Of a stretch of DNA of 64,000 nucleotides, positions 17,738 to 27,120 are shown piece by piece. The stretch is from an uncultured Phycisphaeraceae bacterium (lineage in GTDB: Bacteria > Planctomycetota > Phycisphaerae > Phycisphaerales > UBA1924), in contig CAYWRO010000011.1 in NCBI GenBank assembly GCA_964460345.1, positions 1,872 to 65,871 on the forward strand, given 5' to 3'. The notes under the pieces were generated by a model. That model was given only the letters and a program-made list of their open reading frames with translations, ran no database searches and had not been told where the DNA came from. The translations under genes and the position numbers were made by a program. Each line of letters starts with the position of its first letter. Position 1 is the stretch's first letter.

Positions 17738-17958
17738 ATTCGCCTTGGGGCTGTCCCCCTCTAGCCGCGCGGGTGGTATCGGTCCGCCCGCGCGGCTTTG
17801 TTCGTTTGGGGACACATCGCGCGGCGCGCTGGCCGCTTCGCACTACCTCACCTACGCTGTCGGCAATTTGGCCGGGTCGGTCCGTGTGGCCCCCGGGTAC
17901 CAAGCGCCCACCGAACATTGCGGCCCCCGTGGGCCGGAGCGTGACCCGCCTGCCCATC

Positions 17959-20900
17959 ATGCCCAAGCGAACCGACATCAAAACCATCCTCATCCTCGGC
18001 TCCGGCCCCATCGTCATCGGTCAGGGGTGTGAGTTCGACTACTCCGGCACCCAGGCGTGCAAGGCGTTGCGCAGCGAGGGGTTCCGGGTTGTGCTGGTGA
18101 ACTCGAACCCGGCGACGATCATGACGGACCCGGAGTTCTCCGACCGGACGTACATCGAGCCGATCACGCCCGCGGCGGTCCGGAAGGTGATTGAGAAGCA
18201 GATCGAGATCGGGGACCCGATCGACGCCATCCTGCCGACGCTTGGCGGGCAGACGGCGCTGAACTGTGCGTGTGCGCTCTTTGACGATGGGACGCTGGAC
18301 AAGCACGGGATCGAGATGATCGGGGCGAACCGGCACGTGATCCACCGGGCGGAGGATCGCGCCGCGTTCAACGAGGTGTGTGCGCGCGTGGGGCTGCGCA
18401 TCCCGGAGAGCCGGACGGTCTCGACACTTGCCGAGGCGCGCGAGTTTCTGGAGCAGATCGGGCTGCCGGCGATCATCCGTCCGGCGTTCACGCTCGGCGG
18501 CAGTGGGGGAGGAATCGCGTACAACACGGAGGAGTTTGACGAGATTGTCAGCCGCGGGCTTCGGCTGAGCATGATCAACCAGGTGCAGATTGACAAGTCG
18601 CTGCTGGGGTGGAAGGAGTACGAGCTGGAGGTCGTGCGCGACAAGCGCGACAACTGCATCGTGGTGTGCGGGATCGAGAACTTCGATCCGATGGGCGTGC
18701 ACACGGGGGACTCGATCACGTTTGCGCCGATCATGACGCTGACCGACAAGGAGTATCAGGTGCTCCGCGACGCCAGCTTTGCGATCATGCGCGAGGTGGG
18801 CGTGGAGACGGGGGGGAGCAATGTGCAGTTCGCGGTGAACCCGAACCCGGAGGATGGGAAGTTCGAGTTCGTCGTCGTCGAGATGAACCCGCGCGTGTCG
18901 CGCTCCAGCGCGCTGGCATCCAAGGCGACGGGCTTCCCGATTGCGAAGATCGCGGCCAAGCTTGCGATCGGGTACACGCTGGACGAGCTGCGCAACGACA
19001 TCACGGGCACGACCAGTGCCTGCTTCGAGCCGAGCATCGACTACATCGTCACGAAGATGCCGCGGTGGACCTTTGAGAAGTTCCCCGAGGCGGATGAGAC
19101 GCTCACCACGCAGATGAAGAGCGTCGGCGAGGCGATGAGCATCGGGCGGACGCTGACCGAGTCGCTCCAGAAGGCGATCCGCTCGATGGAAGTGAAGCGC
19201 TTCGGCCTCGGGCTCGACCGCAACGACGACTGGCTGGAGGCCCGCCGCGCGACGAAGGACGAGCAGGGCGTGCCGCGGCGGACGGACGGCTCGCCGATCG
19301 AGTGGCCGATCCCCGAGGAGAAGCTGAGCCGCAAGCTCACGGTGCCGAGCCAGGGGCGGCTCTACTACATCCGCTACGCGATGAAGATGGGGTGGCCCGT
19401 CGAGCGCATCAACGCGCTTTCGAAGATCGATCCGTTCTTCTTGGACCAGATCAAGCGGCTCGTGGAGTTCGAGGACGAGCTGTGCGAGGTTGCGCGCCTG
19501 GAGGATTTGCCGCGCGAGACGCTTTTCCGCGCCAAGCAGATGGGGTACTCCGATGCGCAGCTTGCGAACCTGTACCTCGGGAAAATCTCGTCGGAGACGA
19601 TTCTGAAGGTGCGGGCGCATCGGAAGGCGCTCGGGATCGAGCCCGTCTACAAGCTCGTCGACACGTGCGCGGCGGAGTTCGAGGCGGTGACGCCGTATTA
19701 CTACTCGACGTATGAGCAGGGGGTGGAGCGGGCGAGAGACGGAGAGACGGAGAGACGAAGAGACGAAGTGGGGGATTCGCAAACGTCGTCCGACGCGCGA
19801 CACTCCGTCTCTTCGTCTCTAAGTCTCTCCGTCTCTCCCGACGACGAGATCCGCGTGACGGACCGCAAGAAGGTGATCATCCTCGGTGGCGGACCCAACC
19901 GCATCGGCCAGGGGATCGAGTTCGATTACTGCTGCGTGCACGCGGCGTTCGCGGCGAAGGAACTCGGCTTCGAGTCGGTGATGATCAACTCGAACCCGGA
20001 GACGGTATCAACCGACTACGACACGAGCGATCTGCTCTTCTTTGAGCCGTTGACGCTGGAGGATGTGCTGAACGTGGTGGAGCGGCTGAACGGGTCGGGG
20101 CCGGCAGTGGAGCAACTCGTCACGTCGGACGGGATCACGCTTGGCTTGGATCGTGCAAACGATGGTCAGCAGGTCCCTCCAGATTGGATTCAGCAGATTC
20201 GTCAGGCCGCGAGTGGCGCGGGTATCGGCCCCGTTGCAGTCGTGGACGCATTTCAGTCGCGGCACGAGACCGGAGTTCATGCCGTCGATCTTTCGGGAGG
20301 GTTGTGGAGGTTTGCGTTCAACGCTAAGAGCGGGGGCCCGGTCCACGTCGCGCAGTGGAACTGGGATGAAGCGCTGGGCGGTGACAATCGCGAGGAACGT
20401 GAACTGGCAGCGGCGTGGAGGGAACGTCGACGCCTCGTCAACGGCCTCATCGTCCAGTTCGGCGGCCAAACCCCCCTCAACCTAGCCCACGGCCTCGCCC
20501 GCGCCGGCGCCCCCATCATCGGCACCTCTCTCGACTCGATCGACCTCGCCGAAGACCGCGACCGCTTCGACAAGCTCCTCACGCAGCTCAATCTTCAAAA
20601 ACCTCCCAGCGGCATCGCCCGCTCCGTCGATCAGGCCGTTGAGATCGCCGGCCGCATCGGCTACCCCGTTCTCGTCCGCCCCTCGTACGTCCTCGGCGGC
20701 CGCGGCATGGAGATCTGCTCCGACGAGAAGGCCTTGCGGCACTACATGGCGACGGCGGTGGACATTTCCGAACTCGACAACGCCCCGGTGCTGATTGATA
20801 AGTTTCTTGATCGGGCGACGGAAGTGGATGTTGACGTCGTGGCTGACTTCGAACCTTCGGGGAGAGACAAAGAGACAAAGAGACGAAGAGACGAAGTGGG

Positions 20901-21936
20901 GGAGCCACAAGGTGCGTCCACCGCACAACACCCCGTCTCTTCCTCCCAGGCCATCTGCTGCGGCGTCATGGAGCACATCGAGCAGGCGGGCATTCACTCC
21001 GGCGACTCCGCCTGCACCACGCCTCCCTGGTCGCTCGCGAAGGACACCGAGCAGGAGATCCGCCGCATCGCCCGCACGCTGGCCGAGGCGCTGCGCGTAA
21101 ACGGCCTCATGAACGTCCAGATGGCCGTGAAGCAGAACGGCGACTCGAACGGCGGGGGTGATGAGATCTACATCCTCGAGGTCAACCCCCGCGCCTCCCG
21201 CACCGCGCCCTTTGTCGGCAAGGCCAAGCACGTTCCCTGGCCGCGGATCGCGGCCCGCGCCATGATGGGCCTCTCCCTCGCCGAGCAGAACGTTCGCGAA
21301 GTCCGCGACACGGGCGCATTCGCCGTCAAAGAGTCTGTCTTCCCCTTCAGCAAGTTCCCCAACGTCGATGTCGTCCTCGGTCCGGAGATGCGCTCGACCG
21401 GCGAGGTGATGGGCATCGACGCTTCGTTGCCGATCGCCTTCGCCAAGAGCCAGTTCGCCGCGAGCGTGGACCTGCCGCTTGAAGGCGCAGTCTTCATCTC
21501 CGTGCACGAGCGGGACCGGCAGGAAGTCACGGGCGTCGCCCGTCTCCTCGCCGAGATGGGTTACACGCTCTACGCGACGGCAGGCACCGGAGCACACCTC
21601 CAGCAGCACGGCGTCGAGGCGCACATCCTTCAAAAGATCGCCTCGGGCGCGCGCCCCAACGTCATCGACCTGATGAGCGACGGGAAAATTCAGTTTGTCA
21701 TCAACACGGCGACAAAGGTTGGCTGGCAGACAGACGAGGGCCGCATCCGTGCCGCGGCGACCCGCCTGGGCATTCCGATGATCACCACCATGACGGGCGC
21801 GCTGGCCGTTGCCAAGGCGATCCTCGCCCTGCGGGAACGGGGCTGGGGTGTCAAGGCGATGCAGGACTACGCGGCGGAGAGCGGAGCGCCGGTGGTGCAG
21901 GTCAAGGCCGCCTCGGGCGAGCCGGCAGCGAGGTAG
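17959..21936 (+). CDS. carB: Carbamoyl-phosphate synthase large subunit (1325 aa, about 250 aa longer than typical)
   Basis: [33 protein letters not shown] at 17959; second half [24 protein letters not shown]; [16 protein letters not shown]; MGS-like C-terminus. The track start at 17569 is an in-frame extension. Confidence 0.93.
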   Translation: MPKRTDIKTILILGSGPIVIGQGCEFDYSGTQACKALRSEGFRVVLVNSNPATIMTDPEFSDRTYIEPITPAAVRKVIEKQIEIGDPIDAILPTLGGQTALNCACALFDDGTLDKHGIEMIGANRHVIHRAEDRAAFNEVCARVGLRIPESRTVSTLAEAREFLEQIGLPAIIRPAFTLGGSGGGIAYNTEEFDEIVSRGLRLSMINQVQIDKSLLGWKEYELEVVRDKRDNCIVVCGIENFDPMGVHTGDSITFAPIMTLTDKEYQVLRDASFAIMREVGVETGGSNVQFAVNPNPEDGKFEFVVVEMNPRVSRSSALASKATGFPIAKIAAKLAIGYTLDELRNDITGTTSACFEPSIDYIVTKMPRWTFEKFPEADETLTTQMKSVGEAMSIGRTLTESLQKAIRSMEVKRFGLGLDRNDDWLEARRATKDEQGVPRRTDGSPIEWPIPEEKLSRKLTVPSQGRLYYIRYAMKMGWPVERINALSKIDPFFLDQIKRLVEFEDELCEVARLEDLPRETLFRAKQMGYSDAQLANLYLGKISSETILKVRAHRKALGIEPVYKLVDTCAAEFEAVTPYYYSTYEQGVERARDGETERRRDEVGDSQTSSDARHSVSSSLSLSVSPDDEIRVTDRKKVIILGGGPNRIGQGIEFDYCCVHAAFAAKELGFESVMINSNPETVSTDYDTSDLLFFEPLTLEDVLNVVERLNGSGPAVEQLVTSDGITLGLDRANDGQQVPPDWIQQIRQAASGAGIGPVAVVDAFQSRHETGVHAVDLSGGLWRFAFNAKSGGPVHVAQWNWDEALGGDNREERELAAAWRERRRLVNGLIVQFGGQTPLNLAHGLARAGAPIIGTSLDSIDLAEDRDRFDKLLTQLNLQKPPSGIARSVDQAVEIAGRIGYPVLVRPSYVLGGRGMEICSDEKALRHYMATAVDISELDNAPVLIDKFLDRATEVDVDVVADFEPSGRDKETKRRRDEVGEPQGASTAQHPVSSSQAICCGVMEHIEQAGIHSGDSACTTPPWSLAKDTEQEIRRIARTLAEALRVNGLMNVQMAVKQNGDSNGGGDEIYILEVNPRASRTAPFVGKAKHVPWPRIAARAMMGLSLAEQNVREVRDTGAFAVKESVFPFSKFPNVDVVLGPEMRSTGEVMGIDASLPIAFAKSQFAASVDLPLEGAVFISVHERDRQEVTGVARLLAEMGYTLYATAGTGAHLQQHGVEAHILQKIASGARPNVIDLMSDGKIQFVINTATKVGWQTDEGRIRAAATRLGIPMITTMTGALAVAKAILALRERGWGVKAMQDYAAESGAPVVQVKAASGEPAAR
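19734..19837. repeat. Purine-rich octamer-repeat inverted-repeat element, in frame inside carB
   Basis: The 37-nt arms (GAGAGACG)x3-AAGAGACGAAGTG at 19734-19770 and 19801-19837 are 34/37 complementary, around a 30-nt loop. Confidence 0.8.
20862..20945. repeat. Second copy of the octamer-repeat element, in frame inside carB
   Basis: GAGAGACAAAGAGACAAAGAGACGAAGAGACGAAGTGGGGGA. Positions 20879-20903 are identical to 19751-19775 (25 nt). There is a partial right arm CACCCCGTCTCTTCCTC. Confidence 0.75.
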
Positions 21937-21989
21937 GCTGGCGGCTTGATTGGCATGGGGTACAGTACAGGGTTGAAAGGAACCAGCCG

Positions 21990-22265
21990 ATGGACGTGCC
22001 CCTGACACCGGAACTGGAACGCCTCATTCAAGAGAAGGTGGCATCAGGCCAGTATGAGTCGCCGGCGGAGGTCGTGCGAGAGGCGGTGCGGCTCCTGATC
22101 CGGCGCGACGAGGAGTACCAGGCACGTTTGGAGGCATTGCGGCGGGAGATCCAGATCGGCCTCGATCAACTCGATCGCGGCGAAGCGATCATCGCTGATG
22201 ATGAGTTTTTTGAGGCCATCAAGCGCAATGGGCGTGCCCGTCTGCGGGAACGCAGATCCGCGTGA
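21990..22265 (+). CDS. parD: ParD-type (RHH/CopG) antitoxin
   Basis: 91 aa; LTPELERLIQEKVASGQYESPAEVVREAVRLL is the typical ParD4/COG3609 N-terminus. It overlaps the toxin gene by 4 nt. Confidence 0.8.
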   Translation: MDVPLTPELERLIQEKVASGQYESPAEVVREAVRLLIRRDEEYQARLEALRREIQIGLDQLDRGEAIIADDEFFEAIKRNGRARLRERRSA

Positions 22266-22567
22266 GCACACTCAGCTTCTCCCCGCAGGCCCAGGTGGAT
22301 CTGTCGAACATCTGGGATTACGTTGCGCTGTCATCAGGAAGTGTTGAAGTCGCGGACGACTTTATTGACGTACTGCGCACGCGCTGCCGAGAGTTGGCCC
22401 GAGCCCCGCACGTCGGCCGCCTTCGGCCCGAACTGAAGCCTGGTTTGCGGACACTGCCGTTCCGGCTGTACCTGATTGTGTATTGCGAGCGCGAAGATAT
22501 GGTCGAAATCGTACGGGTGCTTCACGGAATGCGCGATACACACCGCGCGATTGCCGAGCCGCCTTGA
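22262..22567 (+). CDS. parE: ParE/RelE-family toxin
   Basis: 101 aa; A..DL..IWDYV, then RLYLIVYCEREDMVEIVRVLHGMRD. GTG start is coupled to the parD stop. Confidence 0.8.
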   Translation: MSTLSFSPQAQVDLSNIWDYVALSSGSVEVADDFIDVLRTRCRELARAPHVGRLRPELKPGLRTLPFRLYLIVYCEREDMVEIVRVLHGMRDTHRAIAEPP

Positions 22568-22568
22568 T

Positions 22569-23714
22569 TCACTTCGTCGTCAGCCCCGCTCCCGTTCCAT
22601 CCCGGTCCCACATCCACGCCGGCCCGTTCCTCTTCTCATAGTGCGACCAGGTCTCGAACCAGTAGCTGCGGAAGCGGTGGGCGCCGAAAGCTTCGTAGTG
22701 GGCGTGCAGGCGCTTGCTGATCTGGGCGTCGGTCCCTTCCATGCCCAGCACCGTCCGTCCGTGCCTGATGCACTCGGAGTCGACCGCCAGGCGCGAGTAC
22801 CGCCCCAGCAGCATCATGATGTTCGCCGCGGCGTACGGACCGATGCCGGGGAGAGCCTTGAGGCGCTTGAAGACCGCCTCATCGATGTTGGCGGGATCGG
22901 TAAGCCAAGCTTCATCGACATCGCCCCTGGCGAACAGCCGTGCGAGTTCCACGATCCGTGCATCGCGGTATCCCACGCCGCAGCGCGATCGCAGCGTCGC
23001 CGGGCGCATCCGCGCCAGCCGGCGGGCGGTCGGAAAGGCGAGTCGTCCGGTTGCGGACTTTCGCCCCGCGACTTCGCACAGGCGCCGGTTCATGTTCACC
23101 GTTCCGCCCCACGTGACGTTGCATGAGGTTACGGTCTTGACGATGTCTTCAAAGAGCGTCGCCGACCGGAACAGCCGGGCGCGGCCGAGCCCGCCGCGGG
23201 AGACGGCCCAGCGCGGGTCGACCCGGTGGAACGCCGCAACCGCGCTCTCATCTTCATCCAGGCGCAGCAGGCGCGAGATCTGTTGCTTTGCTTCGGCACG
23301 CTCGGCATTGCTCAAGGCACGATCGCACGACACAGTCAGCGGTTGGCCTGCCCGTGCCAATGGACCGCCGGCTTCCAGCCGGCCGTTCCGCGTTGCTGGC
23401 GTTGTGGCCGCATCGCCGTTCGAGTGCACGCCCGCTCCCGCACGCTGGCGCACCACCACGTGCACCACGCCGAACTCGCTCACGCTTCCGCCGCCCGCGG
23501 CCAGATCCAGCGTGCACTCCAGCGCCTGCTCTGCAACCATCCACCGGCTCGGTGCGAGCACGAAGTAGCCGTAGGAGGCGACATCCCGCGCCAACACGAA
23601 GTCTGCCGGAACGGCAAGCGTAAACCGCGTCCCGCCCGCCGCACGTTCGGTCGATGCGCGTGAATCCGTCGCACGCGCCACCGCTTTGCTCTTCGTCCGC
23701 GCTCGCTGCGCCAT
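22569..23714 (-). CDS. HhH-GPD superfamily DNA glycosylase (AlkA-like)
   Basis: C-terminal HhH-GPD region FKRLKALPGIGPYAAANIMMLLGRYSRLAVDS, with an AlkA_N-like N-terminal extension. Confidence 0.7.
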   Translation of the reverse strand: MAQRARTKSKAVARATDSRASTERAAGGTRFTLAVPADFVLARDVASYGYFVLAPSRWMVAEQALECTLDLAAGGGSVSEFGVVHVVVRQRAGAGVHSNGDAATTPATRNGRLEAGGPLARAGQPLTVSCDRALSNAERAEAKQQISRLLRLDEDESAVAAFHRVDPRWAVSRGGLGRARLFRSATLFEDIVKTVTSCNVTWGGTVNMNRRLCEVAGRKSATGRLAFPTARRLARMRPATLRSRCGVGYRDARIVELARLFARGDVDEAWLTDPANIDEAVFKRLKALPGIGPYAAANIMMLLGRYSRLAVDSECIRHGRTVLGMEGTDAQISKRLHAHYEAFGAHRFRSYWFETWSHYEKRNGPAWMWDRDGTGAGLTTK

Positions 23715-23748
23715 CTCCGCGTCTCTGCGTTTCTACTGTCCCTTGTTC

Positions 23749-24465
23749 CTACAGCGTCACCTTGCGCGACAGCGGGAACAGGAAGGACGCCATGTTCACG
23801 AAGAGCCGCCTGGAGAGCCGGTCGAACGTGGCGTAGTGCTCCGTGATCTGCCTTTCGATGTCGACATCCGTCCATCCGCGCGCCATCGTGCGGATTGTGT
23901 CCGCATCGCACTCGGGGTGATACTGGAAGCCGTACGTGCGCATCCCCGCCGTGAAGGCCTGAACCTTCGAGCCTGCGGGATCGCCCGCCGTCTGCAGGAG
24001 CGTCGCACCCGGCGGTGGTCCCTTCACCTCCCACTCGTGCGACTGAAACTGCCAGGAAGTCCACGGCACGCCGGCCAGAATGCGATCGGTATTGCCCGCG
24101 GGCGTCTGCACGACGCGCGTGAAGCCGCGCTCGCCGCGCTCGGCCCGGCCGACTTCGCCTCCCAAGGCCCTGCCGAGAAGCTGGCAGCCGAGGCAGATCC
24201 CGAGCACCGGCAGCGCCGCCTCGTGCGCTGCGCGGAGGAACTCAATCTCCTGCTCGACCCAGGGCTCCTTTGTCATCACGTCCTGCGGCCCGCCGAGGGA
24301 GATCACGCCATCCACATCGTCCAGGTCGCCCGGAATCGGCGCTCCGCCATCGGCCGCGGCAAGGTCGACGCGTCGAACATCAAGCGCAAAGCCATGGTCC
24401 CGGAACACCCGCCCGAGTCGCCCGGGCCCGCCAACGTCGCTGTGCTGAAAGACAAGAATCGGCAT
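23749..24465 (-). CDS. Class I glutamine amidotransferase-like protein (GMP-synthase-type GATase1 domain)
   Basis: Nucleophile elbow PVLGICLGCQLL and the C-terminal FQYHPE histidine motif. Confidence 0.85.
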   Translation of the reverse strand: MPILVFQHSDVGGPGRLGRVFRDHGFALDVRRVDLAAADGGAPIPGDLDDVDGVISLGGPQDVMTKEPWVEQEIEFLRAAHEAALPVLGICLGCQLLGRALGGEVGRAERGERGFTRVVQTPAGNTDRILAGVPWTSWQFQSHEWEVKGPPPGATLLQTAGDPAGSKVQAFTAGMRTYGFQYHPECDADTIRTMARGWTDVDIERQITEHYATFDRLSRRLFVNMASFLFPLSRKVTL

Positions 24466-24599
24466 GCCCGATGGTAGGGTGGCATGCTTCAGCCGGTGCC
24501 AAGCGCGCAGATGCGCACCAGGCCATTGAACGCCGATGCGGCTGCCGCTGCGCCTACATCATCTTGTCTGGAAAATGCCCGCTGCTACTCGTAGTCGCA

Positions 24600-24878
24600 T
24601 TACCGCTCGCGACGTCCCGCCTGAAACCACGGCAACTCAAACACGGCCAGCAGCAGCCCTGCACCGACCGCCGCCGCTCCCGCCGAGCCGAAGTAGAGCG
24701 CCTGGCGATCGTGGTCGTCCACCTGCCATGCTTCCAGTTCGGTCTCCTGGCCGTAACGTGCCTGCACCCACGCGCCCTCGCGCTGCTTGAAGTCCATGTA
24801 GATGAGGCCGAGCGCGATTCCCACCAGCCCCAGCCCACCGGCGAAGAGCAGCACGGCGATGATGCGACGAATGGACAT
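24600..24878 (-). CDS. Small two-TM membrane protein, hypothetical
   Basis: MSIRRIIAVLLFAGGLGLVGIALGLIY ... AVGAGLLLAVF. GGAGG RBS before the ATG at 24878. Confidence 0.5.
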   Translation of the reverse strand: MSIRRIIAVLLFAGGLGLVGIALGLIYMDFKQREGAWVQARYGQETELEAWQVDDHDRQALYFGSAGAAAVGAGLLLAVFELPWFQAGRRER

Positions 24879-25175
24879 GGGCAGGGACCTCCGCGGCGTT
24901 GATGAGGGGCCCCATTGTAACCCTGAGTGTGATCCGACCCGCCGCGGTGGGGCCTCTGGCAATATGGATTCTTTGCCGCGGGCCGCACGGTCCGCCGCGG
25001 CCGAGGCGGCGACGCTGCCGATGGACCCGCCGGCCGCCCCCTCCCTGCTATCATGCGCAGCGCTTCAGCGGTTTCATTCTTCTGGAGAGCGAGCTAAGTA
25101 GCCGGTCGTCGCGTGCCCCCGTCGCGTCGACTCGTGGTTCAGTCACGGGAACGGGGCGCTGGAGATCCGCCTCAC

Positions 25176-25409
25176 ATGGCGAAAGATGATGACAAGTTCA
25201 CGCTTGAGGGCGTGGTGACCGAGGCGCTGCCGAACGCCATGTTCAAGGTGAAGTTGCCGGGCCAGGCGGGAGGGCCTGACAATGAGGTTCTGGCCTATCT
25301 CTCGGGCAAGATGCGCAAGTTCCGCATCCGAATCCTCCCCGGCGACACGGTCACGGTCGAGTTGAGCCCGTACGATCTGACCAAGGCGCGGATTACCTAC
25401 CGCCGCTGA
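25176..25409 (+). CDS. infA: Translation initiation factor IF-1
   Basis: S1-like fold sequence [14 protein letters not shown]...[34 protein letters not shown]; 77 aa from the ATG at 25176. Confidence 0.92.
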   Translation: MAKDDDKFTLEGVVTEALPNAMFKVKLPGQAGGPDNEVLAYLSGKMRKFRIRILPGDTVTVELSPYDLTKARITYRR

Positions 25410-25503
25410 AGCCGTGCCCGGCGCGGAAGCGCGGCCGGGACGGAGCGGGGGGCCAGCAAGGGGGGACGTCATGAGGGCAGGGGAAACATTGGGAGGGCGC
25501 TCA

Positions 25504-25905
25504 ATGAGCCAGGCAGACCGGCTTCGGGTTCCGCCGCGTGAGCGATTTGCGGGGGATGAACACTTCTACGACCTTGCGGAGGCGTTCGCGCGCCTTCCGC
25601 ACGAGAGCACCGGCGAGCACGGGGTCATCGGCAAGACCCTCTACAAGCATGGCGCCTGCACCACGGCGATCTTCGCCTTTGAGCAAGGGGCGTCTCTCAG
25701 GCGTCATGTGGTCGAAGGGGAGGCGATTCTCCAGGTCATCACCGGGCGCCTCTTTGTCGGCACCGCGGGCGATGTCAGTGAGCAGGGAGGGCACGAACTC
25801 GCCCCGCACCAGATTCTTCTGCTCGCTTCCGGCGTCGGCCACGATCTCCGGGCCATCGAGCCGACGCGCGCTCTAATGCATGTCATTCTGAACGAGAGCG
25901 CCTGA
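25504..25905 (+). CDS. Cupin-domain protein
   Basis: Cupin-like GKTLYKHGACTTAIFAFEQGASLRRHVVEGEAILQVITG...ASGVGHDLRA. GGGAGGG RBS before the ATG at 25504. Confidence 0.6.
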   Translation: MSQADRLRVPPRERFAGDEHFYDLAEAFARLPHESTGEHGVIGKTLYKHGACTTAIFAFEQGASLRRHVVEGEAILQVITGRLFVGTAGDVSEQGGHELAPHQILLLASGVGHDLRAIEPTRALMHVILNESA

Positions 25906-25930
25906 TCGGCTCTGAGCGTGGAAGACGCCC

Positions 25931-26944
25931 TCAGAGGCGCTGCCGGCCAGGCCACACCCGCGCCGGGAACCCCGGCGGCCCAACCTCCGGCCTTCCGTTC
26001 AGCCAGCCGACCAGCCATTCCTGCGCTTCGACCAGCCGCGGCCCGGGGCGGTTGAACATCGCGTTCCCGTCGACGACCGCGACGCGGCCCATCCGAACGG
26101 CCGGCAGGTCCTCCCACCACGACTCGCCGCTGAGGCGTTGCACGTACTCCAGCGCCCCCTCCAGCCCCACCCCGCACGGTGCAATCACCAGCGCTTCGGG
26201 ACCAATCGCGGCCAGTTCCTCCGGCGACGCACGCCTGGAGGGCCCCGCCTCACGCATCGTCAGCCCGATCGGCCCCGCCGCGGCCCCCGAGCCCTCGACC
26301 GCCTGGGTCGGGTTGAGCGGGTGCCGCGCTCCGGCCCGCTCCACCATCTGGGCGGTCCAGTGCCCCGCGACGTAGAGCGGGTCCGTCCAGTCCAGGAACA
26401 CCGCCACCGGCCCATCGTCGTAGGGGTTCACGTAGTCCGCGGCCTGGTAGAGCCGTTCGCGGAGCCGCAGGACGGTCAGTTCCGCCTCGCGCTCCAGCCC
26501 CGCCGCTGCCCCGATCCGCAGGTGATCGTCCAGCACCCCCTCGACCGTCGTCGGGTTGAGTGACAGCACCTGGGGGGCTGGATCCAGCGTCGCGGCGACC
26601 CGCCGGACAGATTCCAGATCGATCGAGCAGACGCTGCAGAGGTCCTGCGTGAGGATCAGGTCCGGCCGCAGGTCCGCCAAAAGGGCCTCATCGATCTGGT
26701 ATAGAGGTTTGCCCGCCTCGACCCGCTCGCGAACGGCCCGATCGATCTCTTCCGGCTTCGCGGGCTCGGGACCCGCCTCCCCACCCCACGTCGCACGGGT
26801 GAGGACGGCCGCGTCCTCCAGCCCCGCTGGATGATCACATTCGTGAGATCGCCCGACCAGCAGCCCGCGGCCGCCGATCGCGCACACGATCTCCGTTGCC
26901 GATGGCAGGAGAGACACGATCCGCATGGTCGATGGTAGTGGCAC
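25931..26944 (-). CDS. TroA/BtuF-like periplasmic-binding-fold protein (cobalamin/iron-chelate binding family)
   Basis: RIVSLLPSATEIVCAIGG..LVG.SHECDHP, then PDLILTQDLC, typical of BtuF-like class III binding proteins. No obvious signal peptide. Start is uncertain (GTG 26944 or ATG 26926). Confidence 0.7.
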   Translation of the reverse strand: MPLPSTMRIVSLLPSATEIVCAIGGRGLLVGRSHECDHPAGLEDAAVLTRATWGGEAGPEPAKPEEIDRAVRERVEAGKPLYQIDEALLADLRPDLILTQDLCSVCSIDLESVRRVAATLDPAPQVLSLNPTTVEGVLDDHLRIGAAAGLEREAELTVLRLRERLYQAADYVNPYDDGPVAVFLDWTDPLYVAGHWTAQMVERAGARHPLNPTQAVEGSGAAAGPIGLTMREAGPSRRASPEELAAIGPEALVIAPCGVGLEGALEYVQRLSGESWWEDLPAVRMGRVAVVDGNAMFNRPGPRLVEAQEWLVGWLNGRPEVGPPGFPARVWPGRQRL

Positions 26945-27120
26945 CCAGACGGGTGTACGCTCGATGCAGAGCGCTTCCGTCTCGAAATATGGCTGTTACC
27001 GGCCCCGGAGGCCGATCCAGCCGCCCACCGCACGACCATCCACCCCCGTTCAGTGCACTAAAACGGGGGGCCTACCGTTGGACGTTCCGTCAAGGGAGGT
27101 GCAGCATTCTTCACCGGCAG

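Noticed and set aside
17569-17958. N-terminal extensions of track ORFs (carB from 17569, gspD from 26896, GH144-like from 34865, 15226, 44706, 45496, 47522, 56823)
   Set aside because: The extensions are Arg/Pro-rich, overlap upstream genes or repeat elements, and are followed by internal starts with RBSs and signal peptides or conserved N-terminal motifs.
20089-20445. Intein in carB
   Set aside because: The insert does not start with Cys/Ser, does not end with His-Asn followed by Cys/Ser/Thr, and is too short for a homing-endonuclease-containing intein.
26945-27120. Cobalamin riboswitch upstream of the BtuF-like gene
   Set aside because: Reading the minus strand, I find no B12 box (GCCACTG) and no GGGAA..GGTG..AA.CC core, only a generic hairpin.
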